DNA of 36,450 nt from IMG/VR virus record IMGVR_UViG_3300017613_000412; one strand, 5' to 3'. This document shows positions 7,086 to 13,839 of this stretch, piece after piece (position 1 is the first letter of the stretch; every line of letters begins with the position of its first letter). Source of the stretch: a virus. Made by a program: the position numbers and the translations under genes. Under the pieces are notes generated by a model. It was not told where the DNA came from. It saw only the letters and a program-made list of their open reading frames with translations, and ran no database searches.

Positions 7086-7691
7086 CTAACATACAACCTC
7101 TATATCTCTAATGTTTTTGTAGTTTCTTCTTCTGCTTTCAATCAGCTTTAGATAAGGTTTGAATCTGGTTTGCAGAAACTCCTCTCTAAATACATAAGGC
7201 AGTGTTAATAACTCACTAATAAACTTATCTTTTATTGCATTTCTAGTACGTTCTAACTCTATTTGATGCTCTTTTTTAAGCTCGTATATCTCTCTGTTTT
7301 TAGTGTATTCAATGCGTTCTATTCCATTCATTTCTGCTAGATTATTTAATTCATCGTTCCTAAATTCTATCTCTTTTAAGCATTTCATATGTAGTTTTTT
7401 AAATACAGGATCTACATCTAATAAGTCTTTAACTCGTTTACATGAGTTTATAACCGTTGCGTGAGTTTGACCTAGCATATCAGCTATTTCAACAAGAGAG
7501 TAAGGTTTAAAAGATACATCATCATCAAAATAAACTTCATTTTTACCATAATTAAAAGCTAGATAAGTCCATAGTTGTCTTAACTCTTTTAACTCTCTTT
7601 TTCGAGTGTAATAGCCTGTTTCTGGATTAATCTTTAAAAAGTCTTTTCCGGAATATAACTCTACTACGTTTCTTATTTGTTCTGCTGTCAT
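7086..7691 (-). CDS. DnaA domain IV-like HTH protein (replication initiation or regulator)
   Basis: RELKELRQLWTYLAF...YSLVEIADMLGQTHATVINSCKRV resembles the DnaA C-terminal DNA-binding domain. Confidence 0.55.
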   Translation of the reverse strand: MTAEQIRNVVELYSGKDFLKINPETGYYTRKRELKELRQLWTYLAFNYGKNEVYFDDDVSFKPYSLVEIADMLGQTHATVINSCKRVKDLLDVDPVFKKLHMKCLKEIEFRNDELNNLAEMNGIERIEYTKNREIYELKKEHQIELERTRNAIKDKFISELLTLPYVFREEFLQTRFKPYLKLIESRRRNYKNIRDIEVVC

Positions 7692-8185
7692 GATTTCATT
7701 AATTCGTTATAATTAAAATGATTTCCTAAACATTCAATAATGTTAGTTTGCTCTATATCTACACCCATATACATTTTATTGTAAATATGTATTCTTTTAT
7801 GAGTTGTTATTTTATTTAAAACAAAATCTTTACCTTTATCTGTTATTTTCCATTCACCTAAACTTTTAGTTTTACCATTGCTTTTTTGATCGTTCTGTTT
7901 AATAAATCCCCAGTATTTAAGTAAAGTCCAATCATGGTTATTTTTAAAACTATTAACTCGTAAAAAATCTTTTACATTTATCCATCTATCACTAATTAAA
8001 CTTTCTTTGTATAGTCTAATTAATATAACCGCCATCCCACTATTTAATTTTCTTTTATATAATTTAACAAACTGACCGCAGCACTTACAAGAAGTGCCTT
8101 TATCCCAATTATCTCTTAATTCTTGTTTAGCTTGTTGTAATGTATCAGAAAATAATTCTGTTTGTTCTAATCCTGTTGTTTCCAT
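7688..8185 (-). CDS. Hypothetical protein with a CxxC element; possibly DNA-binding
   Basis: CKCCGQFVKLYKRKLNSGMAVILIRLYK; function not established. Confidence 0.4.
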   Translation of the reverse strand: METTGLEQTELFSDTLQQAKQELRDNWDKGTSCKCCGQFVKLYKRKLNSGMAVILIRLYKESLISDRWINVKDFLRVNSFKNNHDWTLLKYWGFIKQNDQKSNGKTKSLGEWKITDKGKDFVLNKITTHKRIHIYNKMYMGVDIEQTNIIECLGNHFNYNELMKS

Positions 8186-8490
8186 AAACTTATCTGTGTT
8201 CTAATATCCTTTTGTAGTTCTGAATAATGCCTTAATATCTTTCTTATTTCGTCCAGCTCCGGTACTTTAAATTCTGCTTCTTTGATCTTGGCAGATTGAC
8301 TGTTACCTTTTGATTGAAATACTACACTTTGAAAATCATGGTAATAGTCTTTGCGTAATTGCACTAAATAAGACAAATTACAGCCTAAATCCCGCAGTAT
8401 CTCGCTTAACTCGTATGTTTCTATCAACTGGACGTTTTGATAGCGTAAAACAACGTTATTTAAGTTGTTTAATACTTCTTCTAGTTTCAT
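8167..8490 (-). CDS. Hypothetical protein (107 aa)
   Basis: ATG ORF in the track. Confidence 0.55.
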   Translation of the reverse strand: MKLEEVLNNLNNVVLRYQNVQLIETYELSEILRDLGCNLSYLVQLRKDYYHDFQSVVFQSKGNSQSAKIKEAEFKVPELDEIRKILRHYSELQKDIRTQISLWKQQD

Positions 8491-8599
8491 ATTCTATTTC
8501 TTTAAAATCTGCGTGTTCTCTACATAGTGAGCAAAGATCTGTTTCAAATAGTGGTGGCATCCCACAACAATTACTTAATTTTTCTTTTTGAAACCTCAT
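8456..8599 (-). CDS. Possible small Cys-rich ORF (47 aa)
   Basis: Hand translation gives MRFQKEKLSNCCGMPPLFETDLCSLCREHADFKEIEY.... It overlaps both neighbours. Confidence 0.25.
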   Translation of the reverse strand: MRFQKEKLSNCCGMPPLFETDLCSLCREHADFKEIEYETRRSIKQLK

Positions 8600-8711
8600 C
8601 TTTTTTAAATGATTTCATGCAGTAACCAAATTCTTTCTGACAATGATTAAATGTCATTTGCTCGACTACATCGTTATCTTCTATTTCAAGTATTATTTGT
8701 ATTGTTCTCAT
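8571..8711 (-). CDS. Possible small ORF (46 aa)
   Basis: The ATG overlaps the Erf stop (ATGA). Translation: MRTIQIILEIEDNDVVEQMTFNHCQKEFGYCMKSFKKDEVSKRKIK. Confidence 0.35.
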   Translation of the reverse strand: MRTIQIILEIEDNDVVEQMTFNHCQKEFGYCMKSFKKDEVSKRKIK

Positions 8712-9274
8712 TTCACATCTTCTAATAATAATTCTTCAGCAGCTTTAGAAATCTTAAATCTATTTCTTAAATACCACATATCTTTACCCTCTTTTAGAGT
8801 TGCTACTGCACGTTTCCAATCTCTAGTTAATTCTGTATTACTTTTATCTGTAAACTTATTTAACCATACTTTTTCGACGTCCTGGACTGTTTGCTTTTGA
8901 ACTGTTTTATTAGCATCATCATCTTCAGCTTGTAATCCTAAAAGACTTGCTAATGTATAACGTCTGTAATAAGTGATTTCAGAACCTCGTTTTTGTGGAT
9001 CGGTTTGATTTGTTAATTCTAAACCGCTCTCAATATGGTATAAAGAATCTACATCTTTTAAATCAATATCATCAATACTTGTTATTCTTGAATAAACTAT
9101 ATTTTCTTCAATCGGTTGTAATAAAAGTAAATTATGCTTTGCTAATATCGGTTCAACGTGTTCTAATAGTTGATTAATATCAAAATACTTTGATTTGTAA
9201 AAAGGGTTCGTACTATCTTTAGAGATTTTGCCAATCTCTTGTTTTGCCTCAAATAATTTTTTGTAAATACTCAT
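8708..9274 (-). CDS. erf: ERF-family single-strand annealing protein
   Basis: NPFYKSKYFDINQLLEHVEPIL...GSEITYYRRYTLASLLGLQAEDDD matches Erf hallmarks. Confidence 0.8.
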   Translation of the reverse strand: MSIYKKLFEAKQEIGKISKDSTNPFYKSKYFDINQLLEHVEPILAKHNLLLLQPIEENIVYSRITSIDDIDLKDVDSLYHIESGLELTNQTDPQKRGSEITYYRRYTLASLLGLQAEDDDANKTVQKQTVQDVEKVWLNKFTDKSNTELTRDWKRAVATLKEGKDMWYLRNRFKISKAAEELLLEDVK

Positions 9275-9285
9275 TTTTATTTATT

Positions 9286-9477
9286 TTAAATTAATGACAT
9301 ATAAGCCATTTCGTTAAGTTCACTATAATAATCTTCACCCATCTGATCTAACTCATCTTCTGTTAGTGGTGTTCCATCATCCCATTCTGCATAAGTAAAA
9401 AATGCATCGCTGAAGTCCGGATAATCTTTAGTATCCACTCCGTCTAATTGTACGGTATTCCAATCAATTTTTTTCAT
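9286..9477 (-). CDS. Small, highly acidic protein (63 aa from ATG)
   Basis: MKKIDWNTVQLDG...EDELDQMGEDYYSELNE. The ATG at 9477 is preferred to the track's non-ATG start at 9513. Confidence 0.55.
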   Translation of the reverse strand: MKKIDWNTVQLDGVDTKDYPDFSDAFFTYAEWDDGTPLTEDELDQMGEDYYSELNEMAYMSLI

Positions 9478-9577
9478 CTTGTTTATTTTGGTAATCTCTA
9501 GCCTCGATAGCACATAAAATGTATGTTACTAATGAGAATCCAAAGAGTATTGTTAGTATTAAAATTGTCTGTATCAT
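9464..9577 (-). CDS. Possible 37-aa single-pass membrane peptide
   Basis: ATGA overlap with the upstream stop. Translation: MIQTILILTILFGFSLVTYILCAIEARDYQNKQDEKN. Confidence 0.35.
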   Translation of the reverse strand: MIQTILILTILFGFSLVTYILCAIEARDYQNKQDEKN

Positions 9578-9798
9578 TTGTATATTGATTTAAACATATT
9601 ACTAATTCCGTTAGCTATCATTTCACCCTGTGCCATCTGACGCTTAAATTCAGCCTCTCGATCTATACTCTTTTTTTGTCTAACTTCCTGATAAATAACT
9701 TCTGTATTGTAAAGTTCAGAATCTACCTCAATCCTGGTTTTACCTTTTACTTTCTTTTCACTTGTGGTAAGTGTACCTTTGTTAAATTGTCGTTTCAT
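9574..9798 (-). CDS. Hypothetical basic protein (74 aa)
   Basis: ATG ORF in the track. Confidence 0.55.
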   Translation of the reverse strand: MKRQFNKGTLTTSEKKVKGKTRIEVDSELYNTEVIYQEVRQKKSIDREAEFKRQMAQGEMIANGISNMFKSIYK

Positions 9799-9956
9799 GC
9801 TTTATGTATTCCTGTTATTTTTCTAAATTTATATCGTCTGTGAAAAGCTGTAAACCACAAGCCAAATTCACCTTCATTTTTAAACTCTTTTTCAATCTGA
9901 CCTACTCCACCTCTTTCTTCACCAAAGTATTGTCGATAAATTATTAATCGTTTCAT
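9795..9956 (-). CDS. Small ORF (53 aa) absent from the track
   Basis: MKRLIIYRQYFGEERGGVGQIEKEFKNEGEFGLWFTAFHRRYKFRKITGIHKA, with ATGA overlaps at both ends. Confidence 0.45.
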   Translation of the reverse strand: MKRLIIYRQYFGEERGGVGQIEKEFKNEGEFGLWFTAFHRRYKFRKITGIHKA

Positions 9957-10060
9957 AACCATTCTTTAAAACCGTATCGGATTATCATATAAGTAATAAG
10001 TACAGAATAAACCAATAAGGAAATTAATAATACTTTTAATTGTCTGTTAGTGAATTTCAT
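9953..10060 (-). CDS. Small membrane ORF (35 aa)
   Basis: MKFTNRQLKVLLISLLVYSVLITYMIIRYGFKEWL. Hydrophobic core; ATGA-coupled. Confidence 0.35.
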   Translation of the reverse strand: MKFTNRQLKVLLISLLVYSVLITYMIIRYGFKEWL

Positions 10061-10196
10061 TAATTTGTTGTTCAAGGATTGATAGTTTAAATTCTGTGAA
10101 ATCTGATATTCTACCAGAACCTACTTCTCGATTATAAACATTATTCCATCGTTCTAACTCAATGTTTAATTCTTCTAAATGTGTAAAAGGTTTCAT
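10047..10196 (-). CDS. Small ORF (49 aa); first gene of the minus-strand early block
   Basis: MKPFTHLEELNIELERWNNVYNREVGSGRISDFTEFKLSILEQQINEIH. Sits next to the divergent intergenic region. Confidence 0.4.
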   Translation of the reverse strand: MKPFTHLEELNIELERWNNVYNREVGSGRISDFTEFKLSILEQQINEIH

Positions 10197-10283
10197 AATA
10201 TTAGTTTTAATTATACCGCAAGATAGTAAATAAAAATGTTAACAACAAAGAAAAGTTTATTTTTTTATTAAATTATTTTTAGT

Positions 10284-10291
10284 TACTTTTG
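10284..10291 (+). promoter_or_regulatory. Candidate -7 box TACTTTTG for the plus-strand XRE gene
   Basis: Exact TAnnTTTG match 17 nt upstream of the ATG at 10308, within the 111-nt divergent intergenic region. Confidence 0.45.
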
Positions 10292-10307
10292 TATAAAATA
10301 TAAAATT

Positions 10308-10514
10308 ATGAATTTAGTATCAATAGGAGAGTACATAAAACTAACCAGGAAAAAAGCAGTTCTAACTATTAAAGAGTTGTCTTTGATTTCTGGAGTATCA
10401 GAACCAACGATTCACAAAATAGAGAAGGGTAAAAGCGTGAATTTAGATAAATTAGCAAATGTTTGTGATGCTCTACATAAAAGAGTTGATGTGAGAGTTT
10501 GGAATAAAAGATAA
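10308..10514 (+). CDS. XRE/Cro-CI family HTH regulator
   Basis: LTIKELSLISGVSEPTIHKIEKGKSVNLDKL is a classic HTH_3 pattern. Confidence 0.8.
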   Translation: MNLVSIGEYIKLTRKKAVLTIKELSLISGVSEPTIHKIEKGKSVNLDKLANVCDALHKRVDVRVWNKR

Positions 10515-10522
10515 CGGTTTGG

Positions 10523-10552
10523 CTATGCGCCTGTACTTTGTATGGCGTATAG
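10523..10552 (+). terminator. Hairpin downstream of the XRE gene
   Basis: ctatgcgcc (10523..10531) pairs with ggcgtatag (10544..10552): 9 bp including one G-U pair. The trailing U tract (GGTTGTGTT) is weak. Confidence 0.35.
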
Positions 10553-10553
10553 G

Positions 10554-10570
10554 TTGTGTTAGCATTAGTA
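10554..10570. repeat. Left arm of the 17-bp inverted repeat bracketing the endonuclease gene
   Basis: The reverse complement of ttgtgttagcattagta matches 10880..10896 (tattaatgctaacacaa) with one mismatch; 14 bp are perfect. Confidence 0.85.
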
Positions 10571-10591
10571 CGGATTATTAAAAACAGAATT

Positions 10592-10879
10592 ATGAAATAC
10601 AATTTACCAATAGATTACACAAAACTGCATTGGACTGAACGCAGACAAGTTAGAGAACAATATATTGAAGAACAAGAGCATAAATGTTATTACTGTGGAT
10701 GCAGTTTAAAAGAAGTTGCACCAAAACACATAATGGATAAAAATATAAACTGGAAATTATTTCCTGAAAACTTTTTAAAGTACCCAATACACTTGCAACA
10801 CAACCACGATACAGGAATGACAGAAGGTGCGGTGCATAACTATTGTAATGCAGTTATGTGGCAATATGAAGGACGATAG
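10592..10879 (+). CDS. Endonuclease VII-like / HNH nuclease
   Basis: CYYCGC...HLQHNHDTGMTEGAVHNYCNAV fits the T4 endo VII family pattern (CxxC, HxxHDxxTG, CN). ATG at 10592; the track start at 10556 falls inside the inverted repeat. Confidence 0.6.
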   Translation: MKYNLPIDYTKLHWTERRQVREQYIEEQEHKCYYCGCSLKEVAPKHIMDKNINWKLFPENFLKYPIHLQHNHDTGMTEGAVHNYCNAVMWQYEGR

Positions 10880-10896
10880 TATTAATGCTAACACAA
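10880..10896. repeat. Right arm of the inverted repeat bracketing the endonuclease gene
   Basis: See 10554..10570. Confidence 0.85.
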
Positions 10897-10897
10897 A

Positions 10898-10925
10898 GCT
10901 ATGTTTCGTTTTAATGAAATATAGC
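10898..10925. terminator. Hairpin in the convergent intergenic region (candidate bidirectional terminator)
   Basis: gctatgtttc (10898..10907) pairs with gaaatatagc (10916..10925): 10 bp with one G-U pair on the plus-strand RNA and an 8-nt loop. The minus-strand RNA is followed by TTTGTGTT. Confidence 0.45.
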
Positions 10926-10954
10926 AACTGTTATAAATCGTATGACAATATGAT

Positions 10955-11839
10955 TTAACTTATAAAATTCTTATACGCTGAATTACTAATATTGTAGTTT
11001 TGACCACATGAGTTACATTCCATTACTCTTGAAATAGTACCTTTTTCAGTAACATCGTTTTTAAGTAGTATCAAATCTTCAGAGTTTCCACAAATAGGAC
11101 AACTATATTTTTCATTTCCTTTATGTACTCCAGCGTGAGTATTTGGTTTTACATAAGGTTGTAATGCATAGTAAACGTCTTTTAATACAATTATATCCAT
11201 ATCACAATATTTAACCATATCTTTCAATGCTTGTTTATCTCCATCTAAACATTTAACCCACATATCAAATCCCTCATGCTCTAATTTTGCACCTACGCCT
11301 AGAAATTTAGCAATGTAATCTAATCTATTAGAATTAAAAGAAAAGCCACCACGTGCTTTTTTAAGCGTGTCTAATGTTCTGTATTTAGGAAACATTGGTA
11401 TTCTGTGATAGATGCACCTGGTACGTATTTTTTTAATATCAAATCTATCTCCATTATGTGCAATGATCTCATCTGCTGTATTTGCTAATTTAATAAAGTC
11501 TATTAGCATTTTTTTATCGCATTGGTTCTTATCCCATGTTAAGTTATGTACTTTATCAGATCCGTTCCAGGAATAGCTTATACAAATAATCTTCCAATCC
11601 TGTATTATATTATCGTAAGGCAAGTTAATCTTCCAACCTACACGCCAACTGTAAACGATCATTGGTGAGGTTTCTATATCAAAAAACAACCGTTTTATAG
11701 GTTGCTCCATTGATAAATTAAAATACTTTTCTATTTGTTTTTTTGATAACCGGTAGCGTTGCCCTTTATTTGGTACTAGACCAATTTTACGAGCAGTATA
11801 ATCGTTCATTCGATAACGATTACTTTTGTTTTTTCTCAT
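10955..11839 (-). CDS. DnaQ/PolB-exonuclease-like 3'-5' exonuclease (RNase H fold) with a C-terminal zinc ribbon
   Basis: Exo I FFDIETS, Exo II IAHNGDRFD, Exo III YCDMDIIVL, and C-terminal CPICG...CNSCG. Confidence 0.65.
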   Translation of the reverse strand: MRKNKSNRYRMNDYTARKIGLVPNKGQRYRLSKKQIEKYFNLSMEQPIKRLFFDIETSPMIVYSWRVGWKINLPYDNIIQDWKIICISYSWNGSDKVHNLTWDKNQCDKKMLIDFIKLANTADEIIAHNGDRFDIKKIRTRCIYHRIPMFPKYRTLDTLKKARGGFSFNSNRLDYIAKFLGVGAKLEHEGFDMWVKCLDGDKQALKDMVKYCDMDIIVLKDVYYALQPYVKPNTHAGVHKGNEKYSCPICGNSEDLILLKNDVTEKGTISRVMECNSCGQNYNISNSAYKNFIS

Positions 11840-11845
11840 GTAGAA

Positions 11846-12208
11846 TTATTTGATTAGTAGAATTGCAGCCACGCCAATCCCTGCAACCAGGTAAGGCTTT
11901 AGTTTTTGACGTTTTAACTGCTTTAGAAGTAAGTTACGCTGTTCGTATAGATTCTTTTTATCTTTATTTAGAAGTAATATTTGTTTGTCTTTAATTGATA
12001 ATTCTGCTTCTTGTATTGTTCGTATCTCATTACATTTACCTAAAAGCTGATTAGTAACATTCAGCTCTTTAACTACTAAAGGATATTCTAACAACGTTAA
12101 AACAATCTCTTTTTTAGTTTCTAACTGGACGTTTATACGTTCTGATTGTCCTGTCGATTTGACGCTCATTAAGAGAGTAAACACTATCAGGAAGATTATC
12201 TTGTGCAT
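11846..12208 (-). CDS. Membrane-associated coiled-coil protein with an N-terminal signal and a C-terminal TM segment; spanin-like candidate
   Basis: MHKIIFLIVFTLLMSV..., a central heptad-like region, and C-terminal PYLVAGIGVAAILLIK. The ATG is embedded out of frame in the 3' end of the upstream gene. Confidence 0.45.
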   Translation of the reverse strand: MHKIIFLIVFTLLMSVKSTGQSERINVQLETKKEIVLTLLEYPLVVKELNVTNQLLGKCNEIRTIQEAELSIKDKQILLLNKDKKNLYEQRNLLLKQLKRQKLKPYLVAGIGVAAILLIK

Positions 12209-12449
12209 CTTGTATAGGTTTTAGATATTTGTATATGGTCTTATACTCTATTATAGTCTTATTTTTGATTTTAAGTATGCTATCTGACGTTTTAAGTAGT
12301 TTTAAGTATTCACCCTTTGACAACTTTAGTTCGTTGTTTAAAACGTCTAATTTAGCGTTTAGCGTTTTGTTGGTACTGCATTGATTTGCTAAAATTAAAG
12401 TTAGCAGAACCGTTAAAATATAAGGAAGTACTTTAAGAAGTGTTTTCAT
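12114..12449 (-). CDS. Signal or lipoprotein-like coiled-coil protein; spanin-like candidate
   Basis: MKTLLKVLPYILTVLLTLILANQCS, then a coiled-coil-like LNAKLDVLNNELKLSKGEYLKLL. Overlaps the next ORF by 95 nt. Confidence 0.45.
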   Translation of the reverse strand: MKTLLKVLPYILTVLLTLILANQCSTNKTLNAKLDVLNNELKLSKGEYLKLLKTSDSILKIKNKTIIEYKTIYKYLKPIQDAQDNLPDSVYSLNERQIDRTIRTYKRPVRN

Positions 12450-12646
12450 TAAATACCTGTTTCGGCTCTAAAGTTAATGATTATTTTTTCAAATTCCTTG
12501 AATTGTATTGATTTTGTTTGACAAAACATCTGTAATCCCTCTAAATCCTGCAAAAAATACTTATCATCTAATTCAAAAAGATAGTTTTCAAAATCGCTAG
12601 GACTTTCAAATAATATTAATTCCCCTTCGTGTATCTCTACTTCCAT
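12449..12646 (-). CDS. Small acidic hypothetical protein (65 aa)
   Basis: ATG ORF in the track. Confidence 0.5.
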   Translation of the reverse strand: MEVEIHEGELILFESPSDFENYLFELDDKYFLQDLEGLQMFCQTKSIQFKEFEKIIINFRAETGI

Positions 12647-13119
12647 TTAATTAATTTTGTGATTACAAAGGTGTCTTCCATTGCTCTAGGCGTGTGTATT
12701 TGATTTACAGGAAAAAATATATCCTCATTTGCCTCTGCTCTGCTTCCTGTAATAGGACAAAAAATACAACCACTCACAATATTTAAAATCTCTGCTATGT
12801 CTGAATGAAAATGTTCCCCTATCGTACCACCTTTCTTAAAATGGCTTTCAAATACTATTTCTTCTTCTGACTTCTCAACTACTCTACTACGTATCTTATC
12901 GTTGAAATCAATCCACTCATAGATTGGGAACTTATCCAACTCACTAAAAGGTATATCTCTTGCCTCTGCATCTCCATTGTTAAAGTCTGCTATTGTTTTC
13001 TTAATGCTATGATCTAAAACAAGAAACTCTGAAAGCATCCGTTTACTTTCATTCTTTAGCTCTAAAGTTCTTTCTTTATATTTATCTTCTTTTCCAATAT
13101 GTTTCTTACGCCAGAACAT
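12637..13119 (-). CDS. Cupin-domain protein
   Basis: Exact cupin motif 1, G-x5-HxH-x4-E-x6-G: GGTIGEHFHSDIAEILNIVSG. The region downstream (PVNQIH) resembles motif 2. Confidence 0.6.
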   Translation of the reverse strand: MFWRKKHIGKEDKYKERTLELKNESKRMLSEFLVLDHSIKKTIADFNNGDAEARDIPFSELDKFPIYEWIDFNDKIRSRVVEKSEEEIVFESHFKKGGTIGEHFHSDIAEILNIVSGCIFCPITGSRAEANEDIFFPVNQIHTPRAMEDTFVITKLIKWK

Positions 13120-13394
13120 TACTTATGACCTCTTACTATTTCCTTAATCTCATTAGCTAAATTCGTGTACAGTTTATACACTTCAAACATATCTTTATTA
13201 TTTTCCTTTAGATCGGCAAGATGTTGATTTATAATGCGCTCTATCTTATCTTCTTTGTCTTTCATTCTCTTTCGTGTATCACGAATCTCCCACATCATTA
13301 CACCTATTATAGTTAATAATAGACCAACAACAGGTACTTTTTCTATCGTTAAGATTCGTTCAAAGAACCCTACATCTTGAATTAACTCAATCAT
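13119..13394 (-). CDS. Single-TM protein with a charged coiled C-terminus (holin or lysis-regulator candidate)
   Basis: TM segment VPVVGLLLTIIGVMMW followed by a Lys/Glu-rich tail. Confidence 0.4.
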   Translation of the reverse strand: MIELIQDVGFFERILTIEKVPVVGLLLTIIGVMMWEIRDTRKRMKDKEDKIERIINQHLADLKENNKDMFEVYKLYTNLANEIKEIVRGHK

Positions 13395-13396
13395 AA

Positions 13397-13582
13397 TTAG
13401 AAGTTAGAAATCGCATCTGACATCTGTCTGCCATGCAAGAACAGATACAATACGAAAGTGATTAGAAAAATAGCATTTGATATGTCTTTGTTAAATGAAA
13501 CCTCAATAGCCCACCCTATTAATATTAAAGCAGGAATTATAAAAGGTTTCGCTAATCTCCATAGTCTTAAAAATGTTTTCAT
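13397..13582 (-). CDS. Two-TM small membrane protein (holin candidate)
   Basis: 61 aa with hydrophobic segments FIIPALILIGWAI and AIFLITFVLYLFL. Located in the lysis neighbourhood. Confidence 0.45.
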   Translation of the reverse strand: MKTFLRLWRLAKPFIIPALILIGWAIEVSFNKDISNAIFLITFVLYLFLHGRQMSDAISNF

Positions 13583-13839
13583 AATACTTGTAATTTTTTA
13601 CGTTTATATAAGGTTTGCTTGTTGTAAACTGTATCTTTTCCCTTTAGTACAATGTAATGCAAATATAAGCGATTATACCTTAACGGTTTGTCTGCGTAAA
13701 GAGAATCCATCTTTTGATTCAACTCTTTCTCGCAATTCTTTTTTAATCTAACTAAAGGTTTTTTGTCGATGTCCTCTAATAATATTATAGGATCTTGTGA
13801 AAAACAAACAACGGTAAATAATAAAAATAATAGTTTCAT
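13579..13839 (-). CDS. Small secreted protein or lipoprotein
   Basis: MKLLFLLFTVVCFSQD is a signal peptide with Cys followed by an SQD-type Bacteroidota lipoprotein context. Confidence 0.45.
   Translation of the reverse strand: MKLLFLLFTVVCFSQDPIILLEDIDKKPLVRLKKNCEKELNQKMDSLYADKPLRYNRLYLHYIVLKGKDTVYNKQTLYKRKKLQVL

Noticed and set aside
10308-10514. Reading the XRE gene as a CI-type repressor of a temperate phage
   Set aside because: No integrase, excisionase, attP-like repeat or partition system could be recognised anywhere in the closed genome. A single small HTH is not enough to call lysogeny.
10369-10602. Minus-strand 77-aa ORF antisense to the XRE gene
   Set aside because: It overlaps the well-supported HTH gene and crosses the hairpin and inverted-repeat region. 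Its translation is low-complexity.
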